IMG/VR virus record: IMGVR_UViG_3300025018_000311
Coordinates: 1 to 36,621 of that record
DNA: 36,621 bases
Source: a virus
Lineage: Duplodnaviria > Caudoviricetes
Strand: one strand, 5' to 3'
Shown here: positions 35,734 through 36,621 of the stretch, one piece after another
How positions within the stretch are numbered: position 1 is the first letter of the stretch
Layout: every line of letters begins with the position of its first letter
The notes under the pieces: generated by a model
What the model saw: only the letters and a program-made list of their open reading frames with translations
What the model was told of the DNA's origin: nothing
Database searches by the model: none
Position numbers and translations under genes: made by a program

Positions 35734-36599
35734 AGGATCACAAAGTTGTCCCATGCGAGCGAAACAAGGACCTGAAAAAGCAGGTTGAAGAATTCGCTGA
35801 AGTCCTAAGAGAAAAAGCGCACACGCTTGGCGATCACGGATTGTCTGAAACCGATTTTTATCAGGGCGGCATCTTTCGGGGCACGATAGAAAGAATTCGC
35901 GGCCAGTTCTCGGCTTCCATGCAGGAAAAGCGCCAGTTTGTTTCCAAAGTCCTTGACCACATGCAGGACCGAGAATTTATCAAAGACTGGCAATCAGCCG
36001 GCGGCAAGAACCGATACGACTATACAGTGACCATGCCTAATGACCGCGTTTCGGTTATTGAGCTTAAGGGCTGTCTTGATGGAAACAACACCGTCATATT
36101 TGAGAGGCCAACCCACGCGCAGGAATTCATAATCTGGAGTGTGTGCAGCAACCCTGCCGCCGATCCTCGCGGCAATGTATGGTCTGGCATTCACACGAGG
36201 CTGAGCGCTGAAATAATCGACAAAGGGAAGCATGTAGACGGCTTAATAGTCTGGGACTGGATATGCGGTACGCTGGGCCGCCCCTGCCCTAAGCTGGCCG
36301 GTGAAAACATATTCAGAGCTACTACGGTTGCACAGTACCGACTGCCGCCACCCTGCATCTATCTTTTCCCAGCGACCGTACCAAGCGCAAGGAATAGCCC
36401 TAGCCCAGACCCGCACACCTTGCAGCGGGTTGAGTTTTTAGACGCATTGCATAGATGCTTTGGCGGCAAGGATGAGGAGCTGCATCGGGTCCGCTTCACG
36501 GTGGCATATCAAGGCAATGAGTTGAACCGAACAACATCAGTAGAACGCAATGGCGTTATCGAAGCGGAATCTACCGCGACCCCTATCCGAAGGAAGTAG
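35730..36599 (+). CDS. putative type II restriction endonuclease (PD-(D/E)XK fold)
   Basis: YD-x11-IELKG catalytic-like motif; ATGA-coupled to the MTase; stop codon abuts the right IR. Confidence 0.68.
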   Translation: MKDHKVVPCERNKDLKKQVEEFAEVLREKAHTLGDHGLSETDFYQGGIFRGTIERIRGQFSASMQEKRQFVSKVLDHMQDREFIKDWQSAGGKNRYDYTVTMPNDRVSVIELKGCLDGNNTVIFERPTHAQEFIIWSVCSNPAADPRGNVWSGIHTRLSAEIIDKGKHVDGLIVWDWICGTLGRPCPKLAGENIFRATTVAQYRLPPPCIYLFPATVPSARNSPSPDPHTLQRVEFLDALHRCFGGKDEELHRVRFTVAYQGNELNRTTSVERNGVIEAESTATPIRRK

Positions 36600-36621
36600 G
36601 GGAGTTAAATATATAATTCCC

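Larger units (their letters stand above)
33512..36621 (+). mobile_element. IS1595-family element carrying passenger restriction-modification genes
   Basis: IRL GGGAATTATATACTTGACTCCC (33512-33533) versus reverse complement of 36600-36621 GGGAATTATATATTTAACTCCC, 20/22 identical. AT-rich left flank; encloses transposase, MTase and nuclease. Confidence 0.88.

Noticed and set aside
34495-36599. Assigning a recognition sequence or enzyme name to the R-M pair
   Set aside because: Cannot be determined from motifs alone; needs a REBASE comparison or methylome data.

Overview
Most of the window (about 447-32738) is a P22/Lederbergvirus-like podophage with a lambdoid gene order, probably from a gammaproteobacterial host. 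The leftward early operon encodes a RecE-like exonuclease, RecT, a 30x hexapeptide-repeat protein, RdgC and a coiled-coil protein. A short divergent control region follows, then cro-like, cII-like, replication initiator (with internal ori-like repeats), SF4 helicase, RusA and a SutA-like small protein. The late genes are TerS/TerL, portal, scaffold, coat, an SGNH-esterase fibre-like protein, gp4, gp10, ejection proteins, tail fibre/spike genes, holin(s) and lysozyme. No cI repressor, integrase, Q antiterminator or spanins are recognisable in the window. Directly after the lysozyme is a ~1044-aa predicted secreted protein (alpha/beta-hydrolase motif, TolB-like propeller, HzsA-like CxxCH domain) whose reading frame is broken by a T9 tract inside its signal peptide. 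The right end holds a deleted IS1595 remnant and a complete IS1595-family element (33512-36621, 22-bp inverted repeats matching 20/22). That element carries a C5 DNA methyltransferase and a putative restriction endonuclease as translationally coupled cargo, and the window ends exactly at its right inverted repeat. All family assignments come from motif recognition and gene order; no database searches were run.
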